IMG/VR virus record: IMGVR_UViG_3300044796_000662
Coordinates: 248,001 to 312,000 of that record
Length of the DNA: 64,000 bases
Strand: one strand, 5' to 3'
The notes beneath the pieces are model-generated. The model was not told where the DNA came from. It was given only the letters and a program-made list of their open reading frames with translations, and ran no database searches. Both the position numbers and the translations under genes were made by a program. Shown piece by piece: positions 10,363 to 21,511 of the stretch. Positions within the stretch are counted from its first letter, which is position 1. Every line of letters begins with the position of its first letter.

Positions 10363-12303
10363 TCACCTGACGGGGCAGACGCCCGACGCGCACTCGTCCA
10401 CCTCGAAGCTGCCCCCGCGAGCAAGCTGGTGGTCCGACTTGATGGCCGCCGAGCGACGGTTGAAGTCGTCTTCAGTGATGGTCTCGTACGGCGCCTGCGC
10501 GTAGGAGTGCGACTTCGCGAGCATGGAGGTGCTCTTGAGATGCGGCACGTGCTCCTTGAGCAGAGCGGCCATCTGCTCCTTCTCCGTCTCGACGTTGAAG
10601 GACAGCGTGGCCGAGACCGCGTTGTCGGCCCAGTTCTCCTGGACGCGACGCTGACGCTCGATCTGATCGCGGATGGTCTCGTTCTGGACCGTCATGTTCG
10701 TGTGCTTGGCCCGCATCGGGAACGAGAACACGTAGGTGCGACCCGTGTTGTCGTACTGGCACGGCTCGTAGGGGACACCGGCCTCGATGAGGACGGGCAC
10801 CATCGGGTCATTGACTGCCAGGCGAGCACGGCGGATGTAGAACGGAGCGAACGGCGCATGGATGCCGGGGCTCGAACCGTTGAGCAGACTGATCGTCCCG
10901 CTCGGCTTGACGGTGGTGACCGTGATGGGCGACGCGACGCCCAACTCGTCCGCGTAGTCGTTCGCTTCAGTGCGGCAGAGGCCGAACCACGACGAGAGCT
11001 GGCTGTCCTCCCACGGGAAGTCGCAGAGGCCGCCGAGACCCACGCCAACGCGCATGTTTCGCTGGCCGACCTCGTGACTCCGAGGATCGAGCAGTGGCGT
11101 GAGCCGCTGCCGCAGGCAGTAGCGGGTGACCAGGCGGAAGGTCATGCTCTCGTCGGTCATCTCGTCGAAGTTCGCAGGGAAGACCTCTGCGAGGTTGCAC
11201 GCCTCACGGTCATGGAGCGCCTGCTCACCGCAGGGGTTCACGCCACGAGCTGCGGGATCGGTCTTCCAGACGAGCGGCAGGTTGAGCAGACCAGGCTCGC
11301 CGAAGTTGATGTTGTCCTCGACGAGGCCCGCGTAGTCGAAGTTTGCGATCTCTTCCCACGAGCGGAAGACGACGCTGTTGTTGCTCGTGTGCCGGTGGCT
11401 CTGGACCTTCTCCCAATCCTTCTTCGCATCGCGGAACGGCTGATCGGTCGCCGCGCCGAGAACGATAAGGGCCGAGCGACGCACGTTGCCGCTCTTGACG
11501 CAGAAGCCGATGTAGTTCGTGATGTCGAGGCATTCGACCGACGTCAGACGACGACCTTCAGCCCCGCGGATGATGTCCCACGCCGAACGCAGGAGGTGTG
11601 TGAGCGGACCAGGGCCGCACGCGATGCCGCCGAAGGTCTTGATCGGCAGACCACGCTGACGGACGTCTGACACGTCCACGATGAGGTCTCGTCCCTCGTA
11701 CGCGGCCGCGAGGACCTGGTACAGGGCCTCGACCCAACCCTCACGCGAGTCGGCCACGCGGAACACGGGCGTCTGACCGTTCAGGAACGCCTTGTCGTTC
11801 GGCTTGACCTCTCCGATGTCCTGGTGGTCCGCCTTGCACCAAACGGCGAAGCGTGCACGAGCCGATGCAACGATCGGGAGCTGATCGATGTCGTGCAGAC
11901 CCACGCCGACCCCTCCCCCGAGCATGAGCTGGTTGGCAGTCCAGCACCAGTCGTCGATGCCGGAGAGAGTCGTGTACCAGCAGTTGTAACGGGCGTCGGC
12001 AGGGATCCCAGGAATGCCGCCCGTCCAGAGGCCGCGACCAGGGGGAAGAGCCTGACCAGTCCAGAAGAGGTGGAAGAGCTTCTCCGCCTCGCGCTCCTGC
12101 ACGGGCACATGCGCGAGAGCAGCGTTGCCCTCGACGACACGCCGAATCGTATCCGTCCACGTCTCGTTGTCGCGGCAGTACTTTGTCAAGTACGTGCTGC
12201 GGGCGAGCAAAGTCTGGAAGGGATCGACCTGCTTGCGGTACTGCGCAAGGAAGCTTTCCTTCAGACGGAACGATCTCGGTTGCGCGATCTGGACGATCTC
12301 CAT
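10363..12303 (-). CDS. nrdJ: Class II (B12-dependent) ribonucleotide reductase
   Basis: PPGRGLW, NC, GNVRRSA, NPCGE, CNL, TTVKPSGT, C-terminal CxxxxCP. Confidence 0.92.
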   Translation of the reverse strand: MEIVQIAQPRSFRLKESFLAQYRKQVDPFQTLLARSTYLTKYCRDNETWTDTIRRVVEGNAALAHVPVQEREAEKLFHLFWTGQALPPGRGLWTGGIPGIPADARYNCWYTTLSGIDDWCWTANQLMLGGGVGVGLHDIDQLPIVASARARFAVWCKADHQDIGEVKPNDKAFLNGQTPVFRVADSREGWVEALYQVLAAAYEGRDLIVDVSDVRQRGLPIKTFGGIACGPGPLTHLLRSAWDIIRGAEGRRLTSVECLDITNYIGFCVKSGNVRRSALIVLGAATDQPFRDAKKDWEKVQSHRHTSNNSVVFRSWEEIANFDYAGLVEDNINFGEPGLLNLPLVWKTDPAARGVNPCGEQALHDREACNLAEVFPANFDEMTDESMTFRLVTRYCLRQRLTPLLDPRSHEVGQRNMRVGVGLGGLCDFPWEDSQLSSWFGLCRTEANDYADELGVASPITVTTVKPSGTISLLNGSSPGIHAPFAPFYIRRARLAVNDPMVPVLIEAGVPYEPCQYDNTGRTYVFSFPMRAKHTNMTVQNETIRDQIERQRRVQENWADNAVSATLSFNVETEKEQMAALLKEHVPHLKSTSMLAKSHSYAQAPYETITEDDFNRRSAAIKSDHQLARGGSFEVDECASGVCPVR

Positions 12304-12316
12304 GGATCCCTACTCC

Positions 12317-13318
12317 TCATTGCCCAGCGATCGACAAGACCGCCAGCTCCACGAGCGTTCTCTTTGAACGCGACGGGCCCTTCACATCCGCATCTAGTCT
12401 GCACAGGCGAGTCATGAGACTCGCCAGCGTCTTCTCGTCATGCTTGCGTGCGTTCGGCAGAAGCGTGTCTCTACACCAGATGAAGGGCACGCCCAGCACA
12501 CCCGCGATGTCTTTCACGGGCATGTCCGACTTCAAGAGATGCTTCGCTACGATGGTCTTCTGTAGCTCACGCATCAACCCAGAGACGATAGGCACTGAGG
12601 CTTCCTCGCCCATGGTCCTGTAGACGCGCGACAAGGAGTTCATCGCCTCTTTTTGGTTCCGCGCAAAGGCTGCGCTCGCAACATCCCACGGCTCCGTCTT
12701 CGACGTGTTCGTGGTGATGAGCGCCAAGTGTTTGATCGTCACTTTGCCGCTGTTGCCAACGAGCAGGTGAAGCTTCCTCAGCTCGTTGCGGATCGCGTAG
12801 AGGTTGCCGCCCGTCAACTGGAAGAGCTGGCGATCCACGTCCTTGTCAAGGACGAGTCCCAAGCTGATCGCGTGCTTCGGGATGAAGTCCTTGATGACCT
12901 CGTTGTTGCTCTCGTAGGTCTTGAGCTTCTGCCGCTCTCGCAGCTTGCCCTTGGCCGCCAAGTGCGACCACATCTCGGGGAGCTTGCTGCCGCGCACGAT
13001 AGCGACGAGCACAACGCGTAGATCGCTCACGCTCTTGCTATCGGCGTACTCGCGGAGAGGCTTGCTCTTGCCCTTGCTCTCCTTGACCTTCTGCGCTTCT
13101 TCCACGATGACCGTCCGAGGGGAGTCGTCCTCGTTGGGCATCTCCAGGATCTTCACGAGGTCGTTGTCATCGAGAGCCTCGATGCTCGCGTCGATGACCA
13201 TGGGTACCCGTCCACCCCAAGTGCGAGCGAGTCCGAGATCCTGATCGAGGTAGTAGTCCTCTTCTCCGTACGAGACGAAAAAGGGCACGTTGGGGCCGGA
13301 GGTCACCTTCGCCGCCAT
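12317..13318 (-). CDS. holA: DNA polymerase III delta subunit-like
   Basis: YGEEDY, GGNLYAIRNELRKL, DADVKG; adjacent to holB. Confidence 0.75.
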   Translation of the reverse strand: MAAKVTSGPNVPFFVSYGEEDYYLDQDLGLARTWGGRVPMVIDASIEALDDNDLVKILEMPNEDDSPRTVIVEEAQKVKESKGKSKPLREYADSKSVSDLRVVLVAIVRGSKLPEMWSHLAAKGKLRERQKLKTYESNNEVIKDFIPKHAISLGLVLDKDVDRQLFQLTGGNLYAIRNELRKLHLLVGNSGKVTIKHLALITTNTSKTEPWDVASAAFARNQKEAMNSLSRVYRTMGEEASVPIVSGLMRELQKTIVAKHLLKSDMPVKDIAGVLGVPFIWCRDTLLPNARKHDEKTLASLMTRLCRLDADVKGPSRSKRTLVELAVLSIAGQ

Positions 13319-13319
13319 G

Positions 13320-14276
13320 TCAGACCCCGAACGCTTCGACGAAGAGCGCCTGCGTGTGGAACAGCAGGTTGATGTTGATGCTCTCGTACCGGGCGAGCAG
13401 TGCCCGCAGACCGTTCGAAAGCTTCGTCCAGGACTCGTCGCTCATCTTCTCGCGCGTGTTCTTGATGATCTCTTCGAGGTCGAGGTTGATCATGCGGGAA
13501 GGGTCGTGGCGGACGATCAGGAAGTCATGCACTAGGTGGTCAAGGAAACGAAGTCCCAGAGGCAGCTCCTTTTCCACTGACGAAGCGATAGAAAAAATGG
13601 ACGGAAGATCCCTGCGAACGCCAGCGGAGATGAGCGAGAGCATCTTGTCTCGCAGTCCGATCCTGCCGGCGCCCAAGTATTGGATGGCTCGTCCAACCGA
13701 GCCTTCACCCATGCGCGCATAGACAAGAGCCTTATTGCTGTCCTCTTCCAGCTCGCTGACCTTCTGAAGGACGAAGCTCTCTGGAAGTGGTTGGAATCTG
13801 ACGCGACCACAACGTGATCGAATCGTCGGAATCACGTGAGAGTCTCGCTCGGCGAGCAGGAAGAACCGCGCAACGCTTGACGGTTCTTCGAGAGTTTTCA
13901 GGAAGGCGTTCGCCGCCGGCAGCGTCATGTTGTCCGCCCCGTCCACGAGAAAGAGCCTCAGAGGGGCGATAGAAGGAAATTCGCTGGCCGTCTCGATGAT
14001 GGTCCGGATCTCGTCTACCTTGATCTCCTTGTCGGTCGGAGGCGCGACCGTGGTGAAGTCAGGGTGCGTGCCTTCGTTGATCTGGAGGCACTGGTAACAC
14101 TCACAAGAGGCTGTCCTCGTACCCGTGCAGAAGATCTCCTTCGCGAGCTGCGTGACCGCGAACCTACGACCGATCCCAGAGTCTCCCACGAGAAGCATGG
14201 GCGAGCTGTATTGACGGTCTGCGACTCGACGAAGGAATCGCACACCCTCGTCTTGTCCGTGAACGTCAGCCAGCAT
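13320..14276 (-). CDS. holB: DNA polymerase III delta' subunit
   Basis: GQ start, CxCxxC, HPDF, ANAFLKTLEEP, TIRSRC. Confidence 0.88.
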   Translation of the reverse strand: MLADVHGQDEGVRFLRRVADRQYSSPMLLVGDSGIGRRFAVTQLAKEIFCTGTRTASCECYQCLQINEGTHPDFTTVAPPTDKEIKVDEIRTIIETASEFPSIAPLRLFLVDGADNMTLPAANAFLKTLEEPSSVARFFLLAERDSHVIPTIRSRCGRVRFQPLPESFVLQKVSELEEDSNKALVYARMGEGSVGRAIQYLGAGRIGLRDKMLSLISAGVRRDLPSIFSIASSVEKELPLGLRFLDHLVHDFLIVRHDPSRMINLDLEEIIKNTREKMSDESWTKLSNGLRALLARYESININLLFHTQALFVEAFGV

Positions 14277-14427
14277 CGTTCTTCTCGGGAAGCATCGGCA
14301 GCCGCATGGGATCCACGGGCACGAGCTGCATCACCAGGAGGTAGTTCTGGCCGCAGCCCTTGCAGATGTGCCGATGGGGTTCAGAGCCGCTCGGTTCGAG
14401 CTGACTCTTACACCGTGCACAGAACAT
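14266..14427 (-). CDS. Small Zn-ribbon protein
   Basis: MFCARC...CKGC. Confidence 0.55.
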   Translation of the reverse strand: MFCARCKSQLEPSGSEPHRHICKGCGQNYLLVMQLVPVDPMRLPMLPEKNDAG

Positions 14428-14443
14428 CAGACTGGTGGGGTTC

Positions 14444-15253
14444 TCAGGGGGCATGGAGCAACTTGTTGCGGCGCATGAAGCTGTACACCACCGCGAAGGG
14501 TTGCTCCCTCTGTAGTTCGCCGCTCTGGGCTTTCTCGGCCACGGCATCAAGACGCTTGCGTGTATTTACGCCGCTCCAGTCCGTGTAATAGTGGCTGGAT
14601 CCCGTGAAGTAGAAGCCCACGCCTGAGCGGTAGATCGCAGGAACGCGACCGAGGGCCCAATGCGTGATGGCAACGTTCATCGAGTAGCCGCGCATCTCGA
14701 TGTTCGTCCTCCACGGCGAAGGCCACGGGCCCAGAAGGGCGAGACCGCTGAAGAGCAGTGCCGACCACCAGTGCGTGAGAAGCACCGCCAGAACCCCCGC
14801 GGCGACAACTCCCCCCAGGACCGTCACGTAGAAGGCCCCCAAGAACTTGCGGCCGACGATACAGCCGAGGAGGTAGCACGCGGCGACAATCGCCAAGGGC
14901 CACGCGTGTTCCCGCGTGTAGAAGACGTAGGCGGCGAGGGGGAAGATCGCCAAGAGCTGCGGCATCAAGTACGAGAGCCGGGCCAACGGCTTGCCCTTCA
15001 TGTCCACCAGGTGGACCATCTCGTGCGCAAGCACGAGGAAGGACGCCCAAGGGTGCGCCTCGTACTGCTTCTTCGAGGGGAAGTAGACGGTCGGGTAGAC
15101 CGTCGTCGCGCCCTTCGTCAGGTACGTCCGGTTCAAGGGTAGGAGAAACCCTAGAACCCTCTGGAAGAAGGTCTGGTCCTTGAACCCGAGCTTGAACTCG
15201 GGGCAGACCCGACGAACCTCAACTTCGAAGGCACGCAGTGTTCGAAGGTCCAT
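14444..15253 (-). CDS. Membrane protein with HExxH zincin-like motif
   Basis: LAHEMVH, hydrophobic segments, downstream EMRGY. Confidence 0.65.
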   Translation of the reverse strand: MDLRTLRAFEVEVRRVCPEFKLGFKDQTFFQRVLGFLLPLNRTYLTKGATTVYPTVYFPSKKQYEAHPWASFLVLAHEMVHLVDMKGKPLARLSYLMPQLLAIFPLAAYVFYTREHAWPLAIVAACYLLGCIVGRKFLGAFYVTVLGGVVAAGVLAVLLTHWWSALLFSGLALLGPWPSPWRTNIEMRGYSMNVAITHWALGRVPAIYRSGVGFYFTGSSHYYTDWSGVNTRKRLDAVAEKAQSGELQREQPFAVVYSFMRRNKLLHAP

Positions 15254-15289
15254 CGGGGTGCTCCTCGAACAGTGACCCCCAAAAGAGGT

Positions 15290-15508
15290 TTAGATGTCGA
15301 TGTGCCCGCCGACGTTGATCCCCCACTGGTGCCGGCACTTCACGCAGCGGTACATACGGATCTGCGGCTGGCTGGGGATGACCACCTTGAAAGCAGTGAT
15401 CGAGTCACACCCCTCGCGGCGGCACTTCATGCTCACCTCTTCGAGGGCTGGGGGTGCGGCCGGAAGGGGCTGGGGCTTGGTGCCCGTGGGGTCGATCGGC
15501 ATCTTCAT
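15290..15508 (-). CDS. Small Zn-ribbon protein
   Basis: CRREGC...CVKCRHQW. Confidence 0.6.
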   Translation of the reverse strand: MKMPIDPTGTKPQPLPAAPPALEEVSMKCRREGCDSITAFKVVIPSQPQIRMYRCVKCRHQWGINVGGHIDI

Positions 15509-15512
15509 CTCC

Positions 15513-15905
15513 TCAGATTTTGGATGTGGGGTACGGGGTGGGGAACAGCTCGGTCAGGATGCCTGACACGCGCCGGTAAAGGTCCGCGTCCTGGATGTCC
15601 ACGGTCGCAGGATTGAGCAGCGGGTCGCCCCTGGTGATGGCCACCGCGGTAGTGAGCGGGTTGAAGTCCCCGTTGACCAGGTAGGGGGCGATCTTGAGCC
15701 AGTCCTCGCTGCGTATGTACAGATCGATCCCGAGGCCGCTGATGTAGATCATCGCGACACGGTTGCGGGCGTAGATGACCTTCAACCCCGCGAAGCCACG
15801 GATGCACGAGACGAGGGCCTTCGCGACGTAAGGCACGTCGTTCCTCGTCAGGTTCGCGACCTGTTGACCTCCCTTGAGGCCGAAGAGCGGGAGTCGAGCG
15901 TCCAC
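15513..15905 (-). CDS. Hypothetical protein
   Basis: 130 aa ORF in the coding-biased frame. Confidence 0.55.
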   Translation of the reverse strand: MDARLPLFGLKGGQQVANLTRNDVPYVAKALVSCIRGFAGLKVIYARNRVAMIYISGLGIDLYIRSEDWLKIAPYLVNGDFNPLTTAVAITRGDPLLNPATVDIQDADLYRRVSGILTELFPTPYPTSKI

Positions 15906-15921
15906 CCCAGGGTGTGGGGCA

Positions 15922-15958
15922 CAAAAAGAAAGGGCGGCCCCGTTGAGGGACCGCCCTT
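15922..15958 (-). terminator. Intrinsic terminator after groEL
   Basis: AAGGGCGG...CCGCCCTT hairpin followed by TCTTTTT on the minus strand. Confidence 0.7.
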
Positions 15959-15978
15959 GTACGCACCCTAGTCAGGGT

Positions 15979-17655
<1,677 letters not shown>

Positions 17656-17668
17656 CTACACCGAAGCC

Positions 17669-17965
17669 ATGTCGATCTACGACCGTCGTATGACCGCGGA
17701 CGAGCATCTTGGGACGCTTGGCATCACGCACGAGCAAATCGCGAACGCTTTCCGCCACGGAATGGGGCTCGACGAGTCCACGCCCGTCAACATCCTCTTC
17801 GGACAGACGGGCACGACGTCAGACCGCGAGATGTACGTGGGCTTCACAGCCATGGGCGGCGGCAAGAGCAGCAACGGTCGAGTCGCCTTCCGAATCATCG
17901 AGGAGAGCACGCGCGCCTGGATGGGGGCTGCCATCGTCCTCGACACCCGGATCGAGCTGCTCTAG
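17669..17965 (+). CDS. Hypothetical protein with N-terminal YDRR tag
   Basis: [10 protein letters not shown]...; start set at ATG 17669. Confidence 0.65.
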   Translation: MSIYDRRMTADEHLGTLGITHEQIANAFRHGMGLDESTPVNILFGQTGTTSDREMYVGFTAMGGGKSSNGRVAFRIIEESTRAWMGAAIVLDTRIELL

Positions 17966-18357
17966 TCCGACGTGTGCTTCTTCTCGACCATGTGGCGAAT
18001 CGCCGCAGGATTGAGGTCGTCAGGGTCAGGGACTTCCGGCCCGTAGCCGGTTGCAACCTTGCGGCCCGGTTGAGGTCGTAGACGAGGGTCTGGACGACGG
18101 TTCCAGATCGTTCGTCGCGTGCCCATCGAATTGCGAGTGAAGAGCCAGAAGTACACGTCGAGCATCGCCACCCGCTGGTCGGGGCCGGCACTCGCCTTGA
18201 CCACTGCCCCGCTGTCGTCCTTGACCTGGCAGGAGAAAGGCTGCGTGGATTGTGGGTCAGCCCCGTACGCAAGGGTCCAACCCGCAGGGAGCAAGATCTC
18301 GGCCTGGGCGTTGATCTCCTCAATCGTCCAGACCGTCATCTCTTCGATCGTGGCCAT
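17962..18357 (-). CDS. Hypothetical protein
   Basis: 131 aa ORF. Confidence 0.6.
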   Translation of the reverse strand: MATIEEMTVWTIEEINAQAEILLPAGWTLAYGADPQSTQPFSCQVKDDSGAVVKASAGPDQRVAMLDVYFWLFTRNSMGTRRTIWNRRPDPRLRPQPGRKVATGYGPEVPDPDDLNPAAIRHMVEKKHTSD

Positions 18358-18397
18358 CTACCCAGGAAGGTAGTCCTCCCGGGACCTTCTCGCCAGG

Positions 18398-19051
18398 CTA
18401 CTTAAGCCTCGACCCATTCGGTACGGGACTGGTGACCCGCACAAGCTTGAGGCTATCAGGTTCACCGGTTGCGAGGATCATCCCGTGGGAGGTCAACCCC
18501 TTGCCGAAGTCTCGCGGCGCCAGGTTCGCGACCACCACAACTTGCAGCCCAACGAGCATCTCCGGTGGTTGGAACGTCAGCGCGAGCCCGGCCACAATCG
18601 TTCGTGGTGTCGGCTCCCCGAGGTCCACGGTGAGCTTGAGTAGCTTGTCCTTCTTGGGGATGCGATCGGCCGCTGTGATGGTCCCCGCAACCAGCTCCAC
18701 CTTCTGGAAGGTATCGTAGTCGAGGTACGTCGGCTCCGGCTTGGTCTCCGGAACGGCCTTGGGGTCTTCGGCGGGCATGTTCATCCAATCCTCCACGAGC
18801 GTCTTGTGCTTCTCGTACACCTCGTCCGAGATGACAGTGATCCAGGTCCCCTGGTCGAAAGACCACGGAGCGTGACGGACAGTGACCCCGACACCTTGGA
18901 GCTGTTCGATAACCTTCGTGACCTGGCGGAAGGTCCCGATCACCAGGAACCCGGGCCGATCCGTGCAGCGCTCGATGACGAGCTTCACGAGCCGACCCTC
19001 AAGCACCTGCTTCTGCTCCGCTGACGGGGGCACCGGAATGAGCCGCACCAT
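18398..19051 (-). CDS. tRNA-binding OB-fold protein (Trbp111/CsaA/MetRS C-terminal-like) with N-terminal extension
   Basis: DKLLKLTVDLGE, RTIVAGL, VANLAPR, SHGMILA; TGATG coupling to rtcB. Confidence 0.85.
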   Translation of the reverse strand: MVRLIPVPPSAEQKQVLEGRLVKLVIERCTDRPGFLVIGTFRQVTKVIEQLQGVGVTVRHAPWSFDQGTWITVISDEVYEKHKTLVEDWMNMPAEDPKAVPETKPEPTYLDYDTFQKVELVAGTITAADRIPKKDKLLKLTVDLGEPTPRTIVAGLALTFQPPEMLVGLQVVVVANLAPRDFGKGLTSHGMILATGEPDSLKLVRVTSPVPNGSRLK

Positions 19052-20454
19052 CAATCCGTGCCCTTCAAGTTCGCGATCGGGTAGAGGCGGTTCGCCACCC
19101 GTGCGATCTGCTCCTCTTCGAGGACAGCAAGCACGGTGTCGAGGTCCTTGTACACGTGAGCGCACTCGTCGAGCGGCACGTGCTTGTGGTTGCCCACGAT
19201 GCCCTCGATCTGCACACCGTTGAAGGTGCGCACGACATTGGCCATCTCCTCGTCGATGCGGAGCTGCTTGTGCTCCAGCTTCCGCTTCGCCTCCCCGCGA
19301 GCGAGGATGCGCCCCGACCCGTGGTTGACCGAGCAGGCCGTCTTGTACGCGCCCTGGAGCGGGAACAAGATGGCCGCACCCTCGTACATCGAGCCCGGGA
19401 TGAGACACGGGTGCCCCGTGGTCTCCCACTGCGTACCGACGAGATCCGGGTGACCGGCCGGGAAGGCGCGCGTTGCGCCCTTACGGTGGACGAAGCCCCT
19501 CTTCTGCGTGCCGTCCGGCAGGACGATCGTCTCCTCCTGAACCAGGTTGTGGCTGATCTCGTAGTAGACGTTCACGTCCGAGTTGAAGACCTCTTGGGTC
19601 GCCTCCCGGACGCCGTTGACGATGATGTGGCGGTTCGCCACGGCGAAGTTCGCCGCCGAGTTGTGGTAGGCCCAGTATTCCTTGCCGAGCGGCTCGTCAG
19701 CACGCAACCACGAGTCTTCACGGCGGTTCTTCGGCAGACCGCGGAGCTTCGCCCCCTCGTAGAAGAAGTAGTTGGCGAGCTGCCAGCCGTACCCACGGCT
19801 ACCGCAGTGGACCATGATGTAGACCTCGCCCGAGTCGCGGTCGCACTGCATCTCGATGAAGTGATTGCCGCCCCCGACGCTTCCGAGCTGCGGTCCGACC
19901 TTGTCGTAGGCCGCCGAGATCTTCTTCAGCTCCAGGTCGCGCGGAACCGGGATGTACTGGCGCTCACAGAGAGCCTCATCGACCCCGAGAGCCTTCGCGC
20001 CGAAGCGCAGGATCTCCTCGGTCTTGTCGGTCGGGAAGCGCTTCATGAACTTCGGGCGCTCACCACGGATGCCCGTTTGGATGCGCTTCTCGATCTCCGT
20101 GACCCACCGCTCACGGTTGTACTTGCTCTTGACCGAGCCAGCCGTGAGGTTCGCCTTCATGTAGATGACGCCACACGAGATGTCGTAACCGGAGCCGCCC
20201 TGGATGATGGTCCCGTCCGTGACGATGACCGAGCCCACCGGGACACCGTAGCCCGTGTGCGTGTCCGGCATGAGATACGCCCCCGTCACGCCCTCGAAGC
20301 TCGCGCCATGAGAGATCTGTTGCCAGACGTTCTCCTCGGACGCCTCGAAGAGAGACTCGGACAGGAAGGCGTGAGCCTCCACCTTCATCTCGCCTACCTT
20401 CGGCAGGACGTAGTGGTTGTCGGAGACCTTGGTGACGGCGTACTTGAGGGACAT
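19051..20454 (-). CDS. rtcB: RtcB RNA 3'-phosphate/5'-OH ligase
   Basis: MPDTHxG, GYDISCG, GGGNHFIE, HCGSRG, HN, HRKGAT, PGSM, HGSGR. Confidence 0.95.
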   Translation of the reverse strand: MSLKYAVTKVSDNHYVLPKVGEMKVEAHAFLSESLFEASEENVWQQISHGASFEGVTGAYLMPDTHTGYGVPVGSVIVTDGTIIQGGSGYDISCGVIYMKANLTAGSVKSKYNRERWVTEIEKRIQTGIRGERPKFMKRFPTDKTEEILRFGAKALGVDEALCERQYIPVPRDLELKKISAAYDKVGPQLGSVGGGNHFIEMQCDRDSGEVYIMVHCGSRGYGWQLANYFFYEGAKLRGLPKNRREDSWLRADEPLGKEYWAYHNSAANFAVANRHIIVNGVREATQEVFNSDVNVYYEISHNLVQEETIVLPDGTQKRGFVHRKGATRAFPAGHPDLVGTQWETTGHPCLIPGSMYEGAAILFPLQGAYKTACSVNHGSGRILARGEAKRKLEHKQLRIDEEMANVVRTFNGVQIEGIVGNHKHVPLDECAHVYKDLDTVLAVLEEEQIARVANRLYPIANLKGTD

Positions 20455-20470
20455 GGGTTCACGGGTGCCC

Positions 20471-21082
20471 TTAGGGGCGGAAAAGGGTGCGGAACTCAGC
20501 GAGCAGTTCGTTGTGCACTTGGGGAGTCAGCGGATTGAGTTTCGTGGTGGGGGACGGTGACCAACGGTTCCACGGCTTGCCCGTGACCATGATGCTGTAG
20601 ACGGGAGCGAGGGGACGGACGTCGTGCCAGCCGGCCGGGTCAATCATCTCATACTCGGAGCCCTCGCGGAGCACCAAAGTTGTGGCAGTTGGGGGTTCCT
20701 GGTTGCCAGCCCCGTACCCCACCCTCATCTCGTAAGTGCCCAAAAGGATGTGGATGGCACTCGGCCAAGGGTGGGGATGGTAGAGAGCCTTCTTGCAGGG
20801 GTGGATCCGGTGCAGATAGATCCGGTACTCCTCGTCGTACTGGAGCCAGAGCCGCTCTACGTGCGGCGGCTCGTAGTTCACGTCGAGGCTGGACCACAAC
20901 CTCGGCATCGAGAGCAAAGGCGCCAGCCCCCTCTCGATGTTGCGCATGGCGTGGAGGAGGGTGCCTTGAGTAAGTCCCCCGATTGGCCGCCAGTCCACGC
21001 GGCTGCCCGTCCAATGGGTGTTACACGCGTAGTCGGTCGCACGCTGAAGGGTCGCGAGCTGGCCGCAGGGACATGAGGGCAT
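20471..21082 (-). CDS. Cupin-like protein
   Basis: LHRI...HPHPW...GTYE...WH pattern. Confidence 0.6.
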   Translation of the reverse strand: MPSCPCGQLATLQRATDYACNTHWTGSRVDWRPIGGLTQGTLLHAMRNIERGLAPLLSMPRLWSSLDVNYEPPHVERLWLQYDEEYRIYLHRIHPCKKALYHPHPWPSAIHILLGTYEMRVGYGAGNQEPPTATTLVLREGSEYEMIDPAGWHDVRPLAPVYSIMVTGKPWNRWSPSPTTKLNPLTPQVHNELLAEFRTLFRP

Positions 21083-21102
21083 GGCCCACTAGTACACCAT
21101 AG

Positions 21103-21188
21103 CGGAGAGAGGGTGAGTCGAACACCATGCCCTTGCGAGCACGCACCGGGTAGCAACCGGCCGGGCGTCCACACGCCCTTCACTCTCC
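21103..21188 (-). tRNA. tRNA-Ser(GCT)
   Basis: Cloverleaf, loop TTGCTAC, long variable arm. Confidence 0.85.
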
Positions 21189-21194
21189 AAGTAG

Positions 21195-21279
21195 CGGAAG
21201 CCGAGGGACTCGAACCCCAGCGCCTTGCGACGCCCATCTGCTTTCGAAACAGCGCCGGATCCCATCCGGTTCGTCTTCC
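21195..21279 (-). tRNA. tRNA-Ser(CGA)
   Basis: Loop TTCGAAA, long variable arm, T arm GGTTCGAGTCC. Confidence 0.85.
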
Positions 21280-21381
21280 AGTGCATCGGGAGGCGTACCT
21301 CCCGGAAGTTTCCTACCGTTGGGTCTCGATAAGAACTCCTTCTGCTTCTCGTCGCGGTTTCAAGGACCGCCGCAACAATCG

Positions 21382-21469
21382 CGGAGCGTGAGGGACTCGA
21401 ACCCCCGAAACCCCTTGCGAGGTTCTGTCCGATTTCAAATCGGGTGCCTTACCACTCGGCCAACGCTCC
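21382..21469 (-). tRNA. tRNA-Ser(TGA)
   Basis: Canonical D arm, loop TTTGAAA. Confidence 0.92.
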
Positions 21470-21511
21470 AAGAAACGGGGGCCGCCTTCGCGACCCCCGG
21501 CGAAGTCCCGC